DNA of 64,000 bases, taken from contig OZ024743.1 in the NCBI GenBank assembly GCA_964016885.1, positions 339,636,001 to 339,700,000 on the forward strand, given 5' to 3'. The stretch's first letter is position 1; every line of letters begins with the position of its first letter. The notes below the pieces were generated by a model. It worked only from the letters and a program-made list of their open reading frames with translations, made no database searches and was not told where the DNA came from. The translations under genes were made by a program, and so were the position numbers. Shown here piece by piece: positions 26,829 to 42,260 of this stretch. This DNA comes from Eledone cirrhosa (taxonomy: Eukaryota).

Positions 26829-27584
26829 TGGGTGTGTGTGTGTGTGTGTGTGCTTGCGTGCGTGCTTGTATCTGTGTCTATGTGTGTATGTGTATCTGTA
26901 TGCTTGAGGAATAGAGAAAGATGGAAAGCAGTTTTAGAATTGGAATTCATATGTCAAAATAGATATATGTTAAGTAATAGATATTTATGCAGATGACAGA
27001 GTATATTAGAATATTTCTGAGGAATTTAATCTAGATCTAACTACAGTTTTTCTTTTTTTTTTAGTTAAAAACTTCGAAGTTAAAGAATGGAGAGTAAACA
27101 CACTTTATACTATTCCCCCTGTACGCAGAAAAATGTAAGAGGTTATCCTTACGCTTTTCAGAGATTATTTCCTTCCCGACAAAAGATAACTACCACTATA
27201 ATTTGATCTATAGTGGAATCTTTTTAGCGGTTGCAAAATTTATGTCAAGCAGGATGTAGAATATAACTGAAATGGTCAGTTTAATTTGTATGGCATGCAT
27301 TTATTTGGCAACATGATCGATTAAATTATTGTTTCTACTTTTGGCACAAGGCCAGCAATTACCCCAGTGCATTACTGGTGCTATATTGTATCGACCCCGT
27401 AAGGAGGAAAGGCAAAGTGAACCTCAGAACGCGGGAACTCAGAATGTAAAGGGCCATAACTCTATGCTGCAAAGCATGGAGAGCGTGTTTACAATTCTAG
27501 TGAAAGAAAAAAACTGCAGCTAAATTTACATCAGATTTATCTTTAATTTAGCAATACCTGCGTTTGAAAATTATTTATGCAGAG

Positions 27585-27888
27585 AAAGCAGAAGGCTGAC
27601 GAGATCATAGAACCGTAAAGAAATTCTAAATTATTAGTGAATTTATAGAAAGCAGAGAGCTGGCGAGATCATAGAACCTTAAAGAACATCTTAATTATTA
27701 GTAAATTTATAGAAAGCAGAGGCTGACGAGATCATAGAATCTTAAAGAACATCTAAATTATTAGTAAATTTATAAAAAGGTGACGAGGTCATAGAACCTT
27801 AAAAAACATCTAAATTATTAGTAAATTTATAGAAAGCTGACGAGGTCATAGAACCTTAAAGAACATCTTAATTATTAGTAAATTTATT
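27585..27888. repeat. Minisatellite, ~5 copies of a 56-62-bp unit
   Basis: Unit ~AGAAAGCAGAGGCTGACGAGATCATAGAACCTTAAAGAACATCTAAATTATTAGTAAATTTAT. Confidence 0.9.
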
Positions 27889-28042
27889 ACAAAAGATCCT
27901 ATTTACATATCTCTTTACATCTATCATTAAAGAAAACGCCTATGTCATTAATTACAGCGCGGGTTGTTTGCATCCAGACATTTAACCCTAGTAAAGGACT
28001 ACTGGTATGTAACATTGTTATTTTGGGGTACTGGATCTGAGA

Positions 28043-28626
28043 GAGGTGGATTTGCAGAATTATTAGAATGTCTGACAAATGCTTAGCAATATTTGTTCCG
28101 ACCCTTTACATTCTGATTTCAAATCCTGCCGAGGTCAACTATGAATTTCATCCTTTCGAGGTCAATGAAATAAAGTACCAGTCAAGCACTGGGGTTCATT
28201 TAATCGACTTATCCTTTCACCTAAATTACTGAACTGGTACCCAAAATAGGAATCATTACTTACGGACGCTAAAGGGCGGTGGATTGGCAGTATCGGTAGA
28301 GGGTCGGACGCCATGCTTTCCAGCATAGTTACGTCCCTTTACGATCTGAGTTCAAATCCCGCCGAGGTTGACTTTGCCTTTCATCCTTACGGGGTCGATA
28401 AAATAAAGTACCAGTAATGCACTGGGTAATTGCTGGCCTTGTGCCTAAAGTAGAAACAATTATTTACGGACGCTATGCTTTGACGCATAGAGTTACGGCC
28501 CTTGCCATTCTGAGTTCGAATCCCGCCGAGGTTGACTTTGCCTTTCATCCTTACGGGGTCGATAAAATAAAGTACCAGTAATGCACTGGTTAATTGCTGG
28601 CCTTGTGCCAAAAAGTAGAAACAATG
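28043..28626 (+). mobile_element. Three tandem Deu/Nin-domain tRNA-SINE copies (best: 28275-28462)
   Basis: A-box TGGCAGTATCGG, B-box GTTCAAATCCC, Deu/Nin core, 3' GTAGAAACAATT. Confidence 0.85.
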
Positions 28627-29567
28627 ATTTAGGCCCGGATCAGCCATAACTGAGCAGATTAATGATTAAATGCATTCCAGAGATGCGCATCCCGTATTTG
28701 TTCAGGCTTGTGCATTCGGGACCTGATCCAACGTTTCATTTCAGTGTGTTGGGGAGATTTAGCTGCTATTAATAGGCTGTCGTTTATAATCCAGGGTATT
28801 ACTTTGGAGTACTTGGTAGAAATGAAGAGAAATGATCATAGTGATAGATTGCATCAATTGGCTGCAGGAGACATGAATGTGAGTTTATTTACTTATTTTA
28901 GCAGAGATATAAATATGATAGAGATTGAAGCCAGCTGTAAGTCATACAGCCAGACGTGTCGTATTCTACTACTACTACTACTACTACTATTACTAATACT
29001 ACTACTACTACTATATCTGTTTTCTATATTTCATTCCCTCCTCATATTTCCCTTTCATTTCTCTTCTCTTATTTCTATTTATTTCTGAGAAATGACTTCT
29101 TAATATATAATTTGGCAGCTGCCATGACTAATACACAATATAGAATTATGCCATTAAGCCACAAAAAGTCCCCCCCCCCCCGCTCTCTCTCTCCATATAT
29201 ATATATATACGTGCACGCACACACACACACACATATATCTATGTATATATATAAATTACATCCGTAAATTCACCAATAATTCAACACAACTGGTGTCTGA
29301 TGCGTTTTAAAATCTATTATATAACTTTATCCTCATGTTTTTATTTACATGTTTCTTGAAAAGCCAAAGAAAATTAAAAAGAAACTTACGAAACACCTCT
29401 ACTATATTATTTTGACCCGGCACAATATGAGATTTATTTTTATACTAGACAAACTCAGTTGATTCTCCATTGGAGAAAGCTTCCCGTACTTGGCGATAGA
29501 TAGATATGAATACATAGAGACAGAAATAGTAATACATAGATAAGTATAAATCAATGTGTGTATGTGT

Positions 29568-29767
29568 CAGACCTGCCAACCTCTAAAAATTCAAACGGGG
29601 AGTTCCATGAAAAAAGTGCCCCAAAACGAGGAGAAATGGGGCAAAATGGGGCAAAATGGGGAGATTTTATATAATGAAAGCTATACCCATTTTCACAAGA
29701 GAATACTTCTCTCAGCCACTTTGGAGTGGGTGAGAGATCTCTTGGACGGGGAGAGTTGACAGGTCTG
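29568..29767. mobile_element. 200-bp MITE with TIRs CAGACCTG(C/T)CAAC
   Basis: CAGACCTGCCAAC ... GTTGACAGGTCTG, inserted in a TG tract. Confidence 0.75.
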
Positions 29768-29894
29768 GTGTGTGTTGTAGAAGCTAATGTTTTATTTCGC
29801 TGTCATTTCTAGCAAACCCAGTTACCACAACGTTGATACATAGATAGGAATACACAGAGACAGAAAGATTAATACACAAATAGATACAACTCAA

Positions 29895-30017
<123 letters not shown>

Positions 30018-30765
30018 GTGCGCGCGTGTGTGCGCGCGTGTGTGCGCGCGTGTGTGCGCGCGTGTGTGCGCGCGTGTGTGTGTGTTGTAGAAAGCTAAGG
30101 TTTTATTTTTCTGTCACACAGGGGGTAGCCATCTTCTCCAGTTTGGGTTTCTTGTACAAGTGGACGTGGGTAGTTCTTGGTACACTTATCATCCCTCATG
30201 CATGGGAAGGATGGATTAATTAAACCACTGCGCCCATGAATCATCTGTGAATTGAAAATTTCACACAGCAAAGGATATTATGTAACCAAATCAAAATGTG
30301 GGTTCTCCCTCCCTTCTTGCTTTGTTATCAACGTCTGAAGAGCTTGTGGACAGTGAGAACATTATTCTCCTTGGCATCATTTTTGACATCTAAAATGATG
30401 ATTAAATGAGAAATGCGTGAAAGTTACGTGACTATCTCACCAGGGAGATCTAAATCAATGGCGAAGATTACCTAATTTAAGATGTCTCTGTAGACGGAAG
30501 GCTAGAATTAGAGGAGCTCAGTGTGTTATTGTGCTTATTAGTATTACCTCACTTTGATAACATCAAATAATTCTGTGTCTTTTGTGGTAAAGTGCGTTTG
30601 TGCTGTAGTTAGTATCACCAAACTTTCCTTATGTCTCTAAAGCATCTTTATAAAAGCTAACACAACGTGGTTAAACCTCAACTGATACTTTGATCCTAAC
30701 AATATTGTAATTTTATAGCTTAAGTGTATTCTAGGCTCTTGTGGAACACCAAAGAAGTATCACAT

Positions 30766-30821
<56 letters not shown>

Positions 30822-31633
30822 CCTGCCTGGACTAAAATATAACTGGACTTGGATTTGTGGAAACAGAACGTCGTTCCTTAATTCATAAGCTACAAATGGC
30901 CGCGATATTTGGGTTCGTCAACATTTGTAAAACATTCATATGATTCAAAGGATAAACGGTTAAACAAGAGACAACAATATCCTTTCTTTACAACCTTGCC
31001 ACCGAGAAGGTGGTCGGTCAAAAATAAACTCACAATTAACGGAAAGAGAGAACATACACACACATATACATGTATACATGCATACATACATGCATACGTA
31101 CATACATACATGGTGGCTGCCAACTCGTTTTCGAGTACGGCCACTACTTTATATCCATGTAGGAGAACCCCTACCGATGCGCTGAACGAGTGTGACTTTT
31201 TAGTCCAGCCAGCGACTTGAAAACTCTGGTACAAACACTACACTTGTGACAATTATTGACACATAGTGCTGGGCCCATGGTACCATGTGATGACAAGTGC
31301 AGAGAGATCTACAGATATAAAGCAATGCCTGTGCCGTGAAGCTTTTATAGTGAGCAAAGGCGCTGCACAAAGCCAGTCCCACTCTCTTAACCAAGATGAC
31401 ATTTACCTAAAAGAAGAACAAGTCAACATCATTGGATACCATCAGGGTTGCAGTTGTTATATCAGAGTTTTCCTTCTCCTAGAATTCTGCCTTGGCAAAG
31501 GCTAAGGGGTCATCTCTGTCGGTGATTTTGGATGGCCATTGACTCTTAAGAGCTCCTTTGCCCTTTGACAGGTTTTGTTTTTAGTCCTGCAGGATGTCCA
31601 AAGTCACCCTCCTCACCAAGAAACCTTACATAC

Positions 31634-31810
<177 letters not shown>

Positions 31811-33444
31811 TGCCTGCCTGCCTGAATACATATATACATTCATATATGCATACATATAGACATATAGACAAAAATACGACCTGACACAAATATACATACT
31901 TACATACAAACATACATACATAAATGTATGCCTATATCCATACATATAGACTTACTGACATAAATACAAACATGCATAAATACACACATAGATACATACT
32001 TACATACATACATATATGGATACATACATACAGACAGACAGACTTGCTGACGAATGAGGCTATATACACTTTCATAGAAGTGCACGCATACGTATATTTC
32101 TTTGCTCGTTGATTTCCGTTACGGAATTTGCTGCTTACCGCAAACAGTATACAACGGAAGAAAAGAGATAATGGTTATCTTAAACTGATAGTCATTTGAA
32201 TAAATAAAATACATCCACTTCTCGTATTTTCATTTCATTAGAAAGTGAAGTTTTCACAAGTGTCAGGATTTATCTTAACATCACGTTTCCTATACAAACA
32301 AAAGTTCTTATTAATTCTCACATGTAGAGTGTAATCATAATGATAATCAATGTTTTCTTTGGTTTGGTTTACTGTGACATTTTTACCTTCATTTGTTGTT
32401 GTTTTGTTGTTTCTTTAGTATTTTGTTTTATTTGCTCGTGTTATTTTATTACATATTTATTATACATATGTATATTTTGTTTATGTATCTATTTATTTTT
32501 ATTTAATATTTTCGTTAACAGCAAAGAATGCTGTCGGATTTTGTTTGGTTATTTTTGTTATTTTTGCTTTTGTTTTTGCGCATTAGCAGGAAATCTGAGA
32601 TTTCTTTCGGCAACTGTAAAAAACCATTTTCTTTGCATTATGTGCATGTAAATACAGATGTTTTGCAGCCAATAAACAAACGAAATTTAGGAGTGACTTG
32701 TATATCCACATGTGCTCTTCCCGTTATAGTGTGCATGTAACCTCACACGCTTTGCAACAAAGGCACAAAAGAAATTTATGAATGCCTTGTATATGTCTAA
32801 ATTACACACATGCTTTTGTCAAAGGAAAATCATTTCACAACATATACGCACACTCGCTACCAAGAATTATAAGGAACGTTATTGGTAAGTTGTGGTGCCC
32901 ATTCGTTTTCCAGAATGCAAAAGCAGAAGCCACATAAATGATTTTGAAACGGTTACATCTGAAATTCGAAATCGGGTCGTGGGTTTGGTCTGCTGAAAAC
33001 TCATTAACCTGCTGCAAATCCCACCCACATCTATAAATAATTTATTCCTTTGGCACACGACTAGAAAGGAGAGGGCATCAACTATATTAAGGGGTATACA
33101 ATAAAGCATATACGACATATATATGTATAATAAATATATACAAGTCTCGCTATAAATGTTTATTATATATAAATATATCGTATGTGTCTTCACATACACC
33201 TCTATTATGAATCACACGCATATGTATTACACTGGATGTACGAAGACATCTGTACGGGAGGAAGTATAATCAATGGCCCACGAAGCCACAGCCTCATATT
33301 TCTGTTGCGTCTATCGTGACAATCAGGGTTCATAAAAGTAGCAAAAAGGGGTGTTTTTTTTAACTAACGGATTTTGTTAGAAAGTAGCCCTAAGTAAAAA
33401 TGTTGCAGATAAATTAAATATAATATAAAGTACCTCTAACCGTT

Positions 33445-34430
33445 ATTTTAGGGTACCTGGACTAAATGGAACCTCCCTAAGAGGAAGATTAGTTGTGCAG
33501 ATTTATGGAGATTGGAGCCTTTCCGAATGTTCTTTCTGTGTTGCAGCTGATTTATGATACCTACCAACCCCCAAAAATCTACACGTGTGGGGCATGAGTG
33601 AGGATGAATCATCGTATAGGTTCTGTGGAAAAAGAGGCACCATGGCATACATTTTAACAGCATATAAAACAGCTTTTGCCCAAGGGAAATATAGATAGCG
33701 CCATGATAAGGTGCTCATGGGGCCTGCCAACACTCTGAACTAAGAGACACACAGGGAACACCAAACACAGAGGAAACCTACACCAACAATCAGGTTTGTG
33801 AAAGACGGAGAGAAGCCATCTACGATAGTTAGAACAGCGTGTGGCCTACTACAAATAGCCCAATCATAGAATGTGAAGATTGATCTGGGAGGTAGGTTGT
33901 AGTTCCCCTGGGTTGTTCAAACATCCGAGGCCAGGTGTAGTATTTGGGCGTGAAAGAGTGAAACAGATAATCCTGACTGAACTCACAGTCCCATGGGAAG
34001 ATGAGTGCGGCAACGCCTTTGAACGAAAGAGTTCCAAGTATCAAGAACTTGTGCAGGGATACAGTGAGAAAGGTTGGCAGGCATGACTATTTCCAGTTGA
34101 GGAGGGCTGCAGGGTGTTCCCGGCTCACTCGGTGTGGAGAATGCTCACTGCCATTGGAATGACAGGAAGAGTGAAGGCTGCAATTTGCAGGATGGAGGAG
34201 GCAACAAAAAGGGCCTCCTTTGGTGCATGAGAGAGAATATAGGTTGGAAGCCAGGAGGCAAAGATGGGCGGTAATTTGGCCAACTCTGCTGACCCCCCAG
34301 CGAGAGGGTTTTACGGTTGAGAGTCGGAACACCAAATGAACGTTGGACACCGTCTGAATACGTTAACGCCTTCTGGCCAATGCTATGCTCACCGAAGTTG
34401 AACGAATGTAAAGCACCTTCTTGAAGATGC
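33445..34430 (+). mobile_element. HERO-like (R2-group, restriction-like endonuclease) LINE 3' fragment
   Basis: HILT....A.AQG.Y..RHDKVL and RP.VV...KQIILTELTVPWEDEC..AFERKSSKYQEL...GW...FPVE.G. Confidence 0.8.
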
Positions 34431-35149
34431 AATCATGCCTACATTTTATTTTATTTTTGGAAAATTTTCTCCGATTTCTGTTTTAAACTTTGGAGACTAC
34501 GATTCTTGAAAAAGCAAATCACAATTTCATTATTTTCAAACTCCAAGGGCATTATTGGTAAAGCGTCGGACAAAATGCTTTGCGGCATATAACAACCCTT
34601 TACGTCAAAGTTAAATCCCGCACTGGGGTAGATTTAATCGACTTTCCCCGTTCCCTTCAAATTGCTGGCCTTGTGCCAAAAGTAAAAACAATTATTTTCA
34701 ATTTCAACCTCTATATATTATAAGTATTGCTAATTTGCCACTTTTAATTTATTTGGCTGATAATTTAAACATTTCAGTTTTAATGTATAAATAATTTCAC
34801 TCTTCCTTTCACTAATTTCTTTCCCATTCTTATAGTTGCTTCAGTCTACGAGATTTCGCTAAAGACAACATCATAGCAACAAATATTCAAGTTATACGTA
34901 TTTTTAGTTTTAAAATTGACAAAAGTAGATCCGAAATTAACTTATTGTTTTATTGTTTATTCGGGAAGTGGGGAATGTCTACGACCCTTTTCGGAGCCTA
35001 GATGACTGTTGAAAGGGAATGGAGGAGGAAAGTATCTTCAAACTGGAGCCCTGGTGCGAATGCTTTCAATAGCTTAAACTCTGCAATTGACACCTAAGGG
35101 CTAGGTGATGGTTTTAAACAAGTAAACAGATTAAATCTACCACTCCAAA

Positions 35150-35915
35150 AGCTTAATTTTTCTGGAAGTTACTCTTGAAAACACTCTTTCAACAATGACA
35201 TTGCTTGGTGACATGCTGCATACAGTTAATGTATATTCTGAAAAGTCTGATAATTCAGGTTAATCAGCTGCATTTTAAAATGCTGCTTTCATCAAAATTT
35301 TAACTCGTCAATAGGAATTTCTTCGGGCTATATAGTTTTCCAATTAAGTGTTTTCAGTCTGAACAACTGTCTTTCTCGGATTTTAGATGATCAGCTAAAC
35401 CCTAGAGGAAGAGCTACAAAGGAAAACGAGTATCATTTAAACACACTCGTGGCAAAAATAATGTCTTATCTTTTTTAAAGGTTTTCAATATTTCTTTATA
35501 CACGGTTCAAAAGTTCTTTGCAAGCCCATCTCAAAAATCTTGGATGCCGTTTTTGTACAGTGTTTCCTTTTTCCTGGAAAATCTGTTTTGGTGAAATTTT
35601 ACAGGCTAAGATTTTAGGGAACCCATATTCAATGTCAACTTTTTACAAATGAGGTACCATGATTCGGTGTCTAAATTCATTTCGAAATTCACATATTGAG
35701 GATCAAAACTAATGTAAGCATAGGAAATGCAAAACTGCATAGTTCGTCTTAGACACTACAACAGCCCACGACGACTTCTTTTGAAACAGTAAATTTTTTT
35801 TTTGAAATTCAATTAACATATATATCATAAATGTTAAAAGTTCATTAGCTGAATTTGAATATTCATGTAATTTCCTTGCATAATATTTGACGCAACCAGA
35901 AGTTGTCATTTTCAA
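35150..35915 (-). pseudogene. Decayed hAT transposase C-terminus
   Basis: PELSDFSEYTLTVCSMSPSNVIVERVFSRV resembles the hAT dimerisation motif (SNA.VER.FS). Confidence 0.55.
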
Positions 35916-36136
35916 TAGTCCCTCACTTGATTAATTTATATATTTCCGTATAAGATTCTCTTCATAGCGCTAAGCTGTGAAACTGGTTCTAAGTTTCTTC
36001 GAACAAATAATCAATTTTAGAAGGTAATTCAACAGCATGAGAACATACTAAATGGAGAATGTGGTAAATGTATTTTATCAGAATCAAGTTAGGGTTATCT
36101 AATTTTTTAAGGGGAGGGGGAGGACGAGGAAGAGGA

Positions 36137-36355
36137 GGGGGTGGATTAGCAGAATTGGTAGAACTCGGATGAAATGCTAAAATACCATTACGGTATTTGT
36201 TCTGACTCTCTGAGTTGAAATCCCGCTAAGGACAACTTTGCCTTTCATAATTCTGGAGTCATAAAATAAAGTACCAGCCAAATACAGGAGTTGATTTCAT
36301 TACCTATGCCCTCCCTACAAAATTTGCTTGCCTTGTACCTAAATTTAAAATAACT
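36137..36355 (+). mobile_element. Deu/Nin-domain SINE
   Basis: Same head and core as 28275-28462. A further diverged copy lies at ~36855-37000 (minus). Confidence 0.75.
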
Positions 36356-37792
36356 ATTAATTTCGACATCACTTAAAGACACTTTTTTTATTTTTTGTAA
36401 AACTTCACCGGTAGTTGACAGGCGCTAACCGCAAAACTGTGACACAATTTTATTTTGTTGTTTATTGTATTATCTGATAGATGATTCATAGACGCAGTTG
36501 TTTTTCATGGGCAATATCTGTTGACTCGTCCAAAATTAAGGAGAATTTACAGTAATATGTACCTTCAAATTGATATTTATTAAGAATAGTGTAACAACAT
36601 TTCTTATCAGTGATATGCATTTCGTTCAAAGCAGTTTCAAATCAACTGCAGCTGATGACAGAGGAATTACGTTATAAATGTATGGACCCGTAACTCCTGG
36701 TGGAGTCGTACGAGTGCCGAAGAGACATGTCGTTGTTTTTTTTTAAAAACAGGCTGAACCCATCCCTCTTCAAGAAATTAAACCGATTTCTTCCAGGGGA
36801 AAGAAAGAGTGATAATGAGGAAAAGAAAATGAGATATAGAGGAAGAATTGATTCCAGTATTGGACTGGTACTTTTTATCGACATCAAAAAAGAAAAGGAA
36901 AAGTTGGTCTCAGCTGGTTTTGAATTCAGAGCGCAAAGAGTCGAAGCGAACACTGCAAAGCATTGTATCTGAGATTCTAACGACTCTGCCAATCCGCCGC
37001 CAACGTTATAATTAAATCCTCCTAAATTATCGCTAGAGCCAACTTGACTTCCATGCGGTGGTACCAAAGAAAGCCTTTGTTATAATGCTTTGATAACGAG
37101 GATCTGTATACGAAAAAAATATCTTCATGAAAGATAATGATGTGCATACATGCATACACATGCACATAAACACACGCATACACACATATATGACATAACT
37201 GTTCATCGTATATTTGCCAACATTATGATGTGGCATGAAATGAAGAAATTATCGCTGCTACGAATACTTGTGCAACAAGCTACAAATGCTGCCCACTGTA
37301 GATCTCATTTTGTTATTTTGCCCCGAAAAACAAAAGCTGCATCGATAGTTTGTTGCGAATTTGAGCACTATTTTATTATTCTTAACCGAAGAAGCATACT
37401 TTGTTAAATCAGTTTTATGAGATCGTATTTCAAAGTTATACATTTTACATAAAGCTGTATCACTATCGCATGTTAGTTCTCTGTCAGGCAGGATTTTTGA
37501 AACTTTTCATCGTACTTTCAATACTTGTTTATTGTATAAAGGAATATTGTTTTTAAATAATTGAAGTTTAGTAAAAAATACTTAGCTTGTTCACACTTCG
37601 TCAATTTTTAGTATATCGTGCGTTTTCATTTCAAAGAAGAAAGCTCATCACTCTCCCAAATACTTCAACGGTATGAGATGTGTGATCGGTCGATAATTCA
37701 AAGTAAATTACTTTTTGAAAATTAGGGCGATAGACTACATAGAATACATCCATGATTATATTTATATATACATGTATATATATGTATATATG

Positions 37793-39463
<1,671 letters not shown>

Positions 39464-39581
39464 CATGGATATACATATATATATATATGAAGTGTTTCTG
39501 TAGGAAAGATAAAGGAAAAGAGAGTGCTCTATGTAGACTATAGAGCTTTTTAGTTATGTAATAAACAACAGAAGAAAATTA

Positions 39582-39654
39582 TTTCATTTACCAAAGGTTT
39601 CACGAAGACAGACGAGCCTGACACAGACGTCTGACTTCGCTCATCAGAATAAAA
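39582..39654 (-). ncRNA. Type I hammerhead ribozyme with long stem II
   Basis: UUUUAUU-CUGAUGA-GCGAAG.CAGACG...CGUCUG.CUUCGU-GAAA-CC/uuu/GG-UA-AAUGAAA. Confidence 0.85.
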
Positions 39655-39756
39655 ATGTATTTAAAATGGATGTGAGATATAGATTTCAAAACAAAGTCTA
39701 GAACAATTGAAAGCGAGGCTGAAATAAAATAACGGACGTAATGTAAAGAGGAAAAT

Positions 39757-39945
39757 AATTGTTTCTACTTTAGGCACAAGGCCAGCAATTAATCAGTGCA
39801 TTACTGGTACTTTATTTTATCGACCCCGTAAGGATGAAAGGCAAAGTCAACCTCGGCGGGATTTGAACTCAGATCGTTAAGGGACGTAACTATGCTGGAA
39901 AGCATGGCGTCCGACCCTCTACCGATACTGCCAATCCACCGCCTA
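39757..39945 (-). mobile_element. Deu/Nin-domain SINE
   Basis: Near-identical reverse complement of 28275-28462. Confidence 0.85.
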
Positions 39946-40141
39946 AAGCGGAAAATAATAAATGTATATATATATATATAAACACATACATCTATAAGGA
40001 CATACCCACGCATATACTTATACTCACACACTTACACATACGTACATGTACACATAAATATACATACAAATACATACATACATGGGCACTTACACCTACA
40101 CATGCGTACACATACGTATACATGTACATACACATACCCAT

Positions 40142-40628
40142 AAATGAGTTAGTCGGCCGGGCGTACCGAAAACGATAAATGGAAAAAAATGAAATTGAAA
40201 TTTCATTTCTCACTCTTACGCCCGGCCGACTAACTCACTCGATATGCAAATTAGGTTCCTCAGTCGTTAATATGCATAAGGAAAGTATATACATTCAAAC
40301 GTTCAATCGATTGACAGGAAGGTATACGGTGCTGATGGCAGCTAAGAAGCTAGAAACTAGTTCATCATTCCTTTGTCAGTGTTGAACAAAAGGGAAACGA
40401 TGGATGCCGAACAGTGTTTGGCTTAATTTGGGCTGTTTGTTTACAAACAAACTGAACATGATAATAAATGTTCGGTAAACCCATACGTACATATATATAT
40501 ATGTGTACATGTATGTATGTATGTATATATATACTACTGTACGTCTGTATACATATACATACTTATATTTAAATATCAGCCGTACTAAGAGTGAGAAATG
40601 AAATTTCAATTTCATTTTTTTCCATTTA
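40142..40628 (+). mobile_element. Dispersed monomer of the ~420-bp retrozyme-like family with 5' inverted piece; HHR at ~40329-40369
   Basis: Homologous to the reverse complement of the 45896-47498 unit. GGUG-CUGAUGG-C-AGCU..AGCU-A-GAAA-CUAG-UU-CAUC (A9 changed to G). Confidence 0.75.
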
Positions 40629-40646
40629 TATATATATATATATATA

Positions 40647-42213
40647 TCAGACTCAGACTCAGAAGCTCCCGCGTCTTGCGACGCATGAGGCAATCATAGT
40701 GTTCCACCGCGTTCGGTCAGCAGCCAGTTGCACAGCGTCCCGCCATTGTCTGTTTGTCGCTCGCAGGTCCCTCTCAACTGTCTGGCGCCAGTTCATTTTG
40801 GGTCGCCCTCTCCGTCTGCTTCCCTGTTGGTTCCATTTAAGTACTTGGTTCGCCAGTCTCTCCGGGTGAAGTCTCAAAGCGTGCCCAAACCAGCCCAGGC
40901 GTCGCTTGCAGATGGCAGAAGAGACTAGCTGCTGGTTTTTGCGGTTCCTGACTTCCTGGTTTGTTACATGGTCACTCCATTTAATCCCCAGGATCTTTCG
41001 CGTCCAACTTCTTCTCTTGGCTGGTCTTAAGGTGCCATGTTTCACTTCCGTACAAGAGTATGGACAGCACGTTGCTGTTGTAGAATCTCATCTTTGTTTT
41101 GAGGGTGAACTTCCTGCTCTTCCAGATCTTTTCCAAGGGTGAAGAAAAGTTAGTCAGATGGGCTGAACATTTCAAGGAAGTCCTCAACCAACCGGAGCCA
41201 CGTGTACCAGCAGACACTAAGGAACCTACTAGTTTGTTGCCTATCAATACTGATGACTTCACCGAGAAGGAAGTCCGCATGGCCATCAAAACCCTTAAGA
41301 ATAACAAGTCACCAGGTATGGTCAAGTGGATGGGCCACTTATGTAATCTTGTGTGGAACACGGGTGAAGTCCCAGAAGATTGGAGAAACGGAGCGGTTGT
41401 CTGTATCCCCAAGAAGGGCAACCTTGCCGATTGTGACAACTGGAGGGGAGTGACACTTCTCTCCATACCAGGGAAGGTCTATTGTCTGATGATCCTGAAC
41501 CGCATACGTGGCATGGTAGACCGGGAATTGCGAGAAAAACAGGCAGGGTTCCGACCAAAACGTTCCTGTGCAGAGCAGATCTTTACGTTACGCCGCATCA
41601 TTGAGAGGTACAACGAATTCCAAAGGCCCCTCGCCGTCAGCTTCATCGATTTCTCCAAAGCATTCGATAGCATTCATCGGCCGTCACTCTGGAGCATCAT
41701 GCATGAGTATGCCCCAGAAAGTCATTTCGGCAATCAAACAGATTTATGCAAACTCCAAGTGCTGCATACAGACAGAGGATGGTTACAGTGACTGGTTTGA
41801 GGTGGTTACTGGTGTGCGTCAGGGTTGCTCGCTCTCTCCAATTCTCTTTGCCATAGCCATTGACTGGGTATTAAGAAGAGCGTCTAAAGACCAGGGTATA
41901 TCTTGGGTGGGAGAGCAAAAGTTGTCTGACCTGGACTTTGCGGACGATATTGTTGCACTTGCAGAGAGCACAGCTGACCTGCAAATCATTGTGAACAATA
42001 TCAATGTCGAAGTAGGAAGCTTTGGTCTCAATATCAGTGCTAAGAAGACCAAAAGCAAGTTATCTGGGACACACCCATCACCAACTAGTGTTTTCATTGA
42101 ACAGGGGGGGGGTTGGAGATAGTGCACAACTTCACCTACCTAGGAAGCTCCATTGACAATGGGGGCGCCATGGACAGTGAATTGCAATGTAGAATGGGAA
42201 AGGCTTCAGCAGC

Positions 42214-42217
<4 letters not shown>
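40647..42217 (-). mobile_element. RTE-clade LINE, 5'-truncated with 5' inversion (3' part 40647-41137 minus; inverted RT part 41137-42217 plus)
   Basis: CDNWRGVTLLS, QAGFR, FIDFSKAFDS, GVRQG, LDFADD on +. LEKIW..LLYGSETW..W.GHALR and a (CTGAGT)n tail on -. (TA)n on both flanks. Confidence 0.9.

Positions 42218-42257
<40 letters not shown>

Positions 42258-42260
<3 letters not shown>

Noticed and set aside
27585-27888. Minisatellite containing CTGACGA; considered as an HHR array or CRISPR
   Set aside because: No properly placed GAAA/stem III, no unique spacers, and the context is eukaryotic.
28275-28370. tRNA gene
   Set aside because: The A/B boxes belong to a multi-copy SINE head, and there is no complete cloverleaf.
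30335-30370. CTGAAGAG-CTTGTGGACAGT-GAGAAC possible HHR
   Set aside because: GAAA is replaced and there is no stem I/III support.
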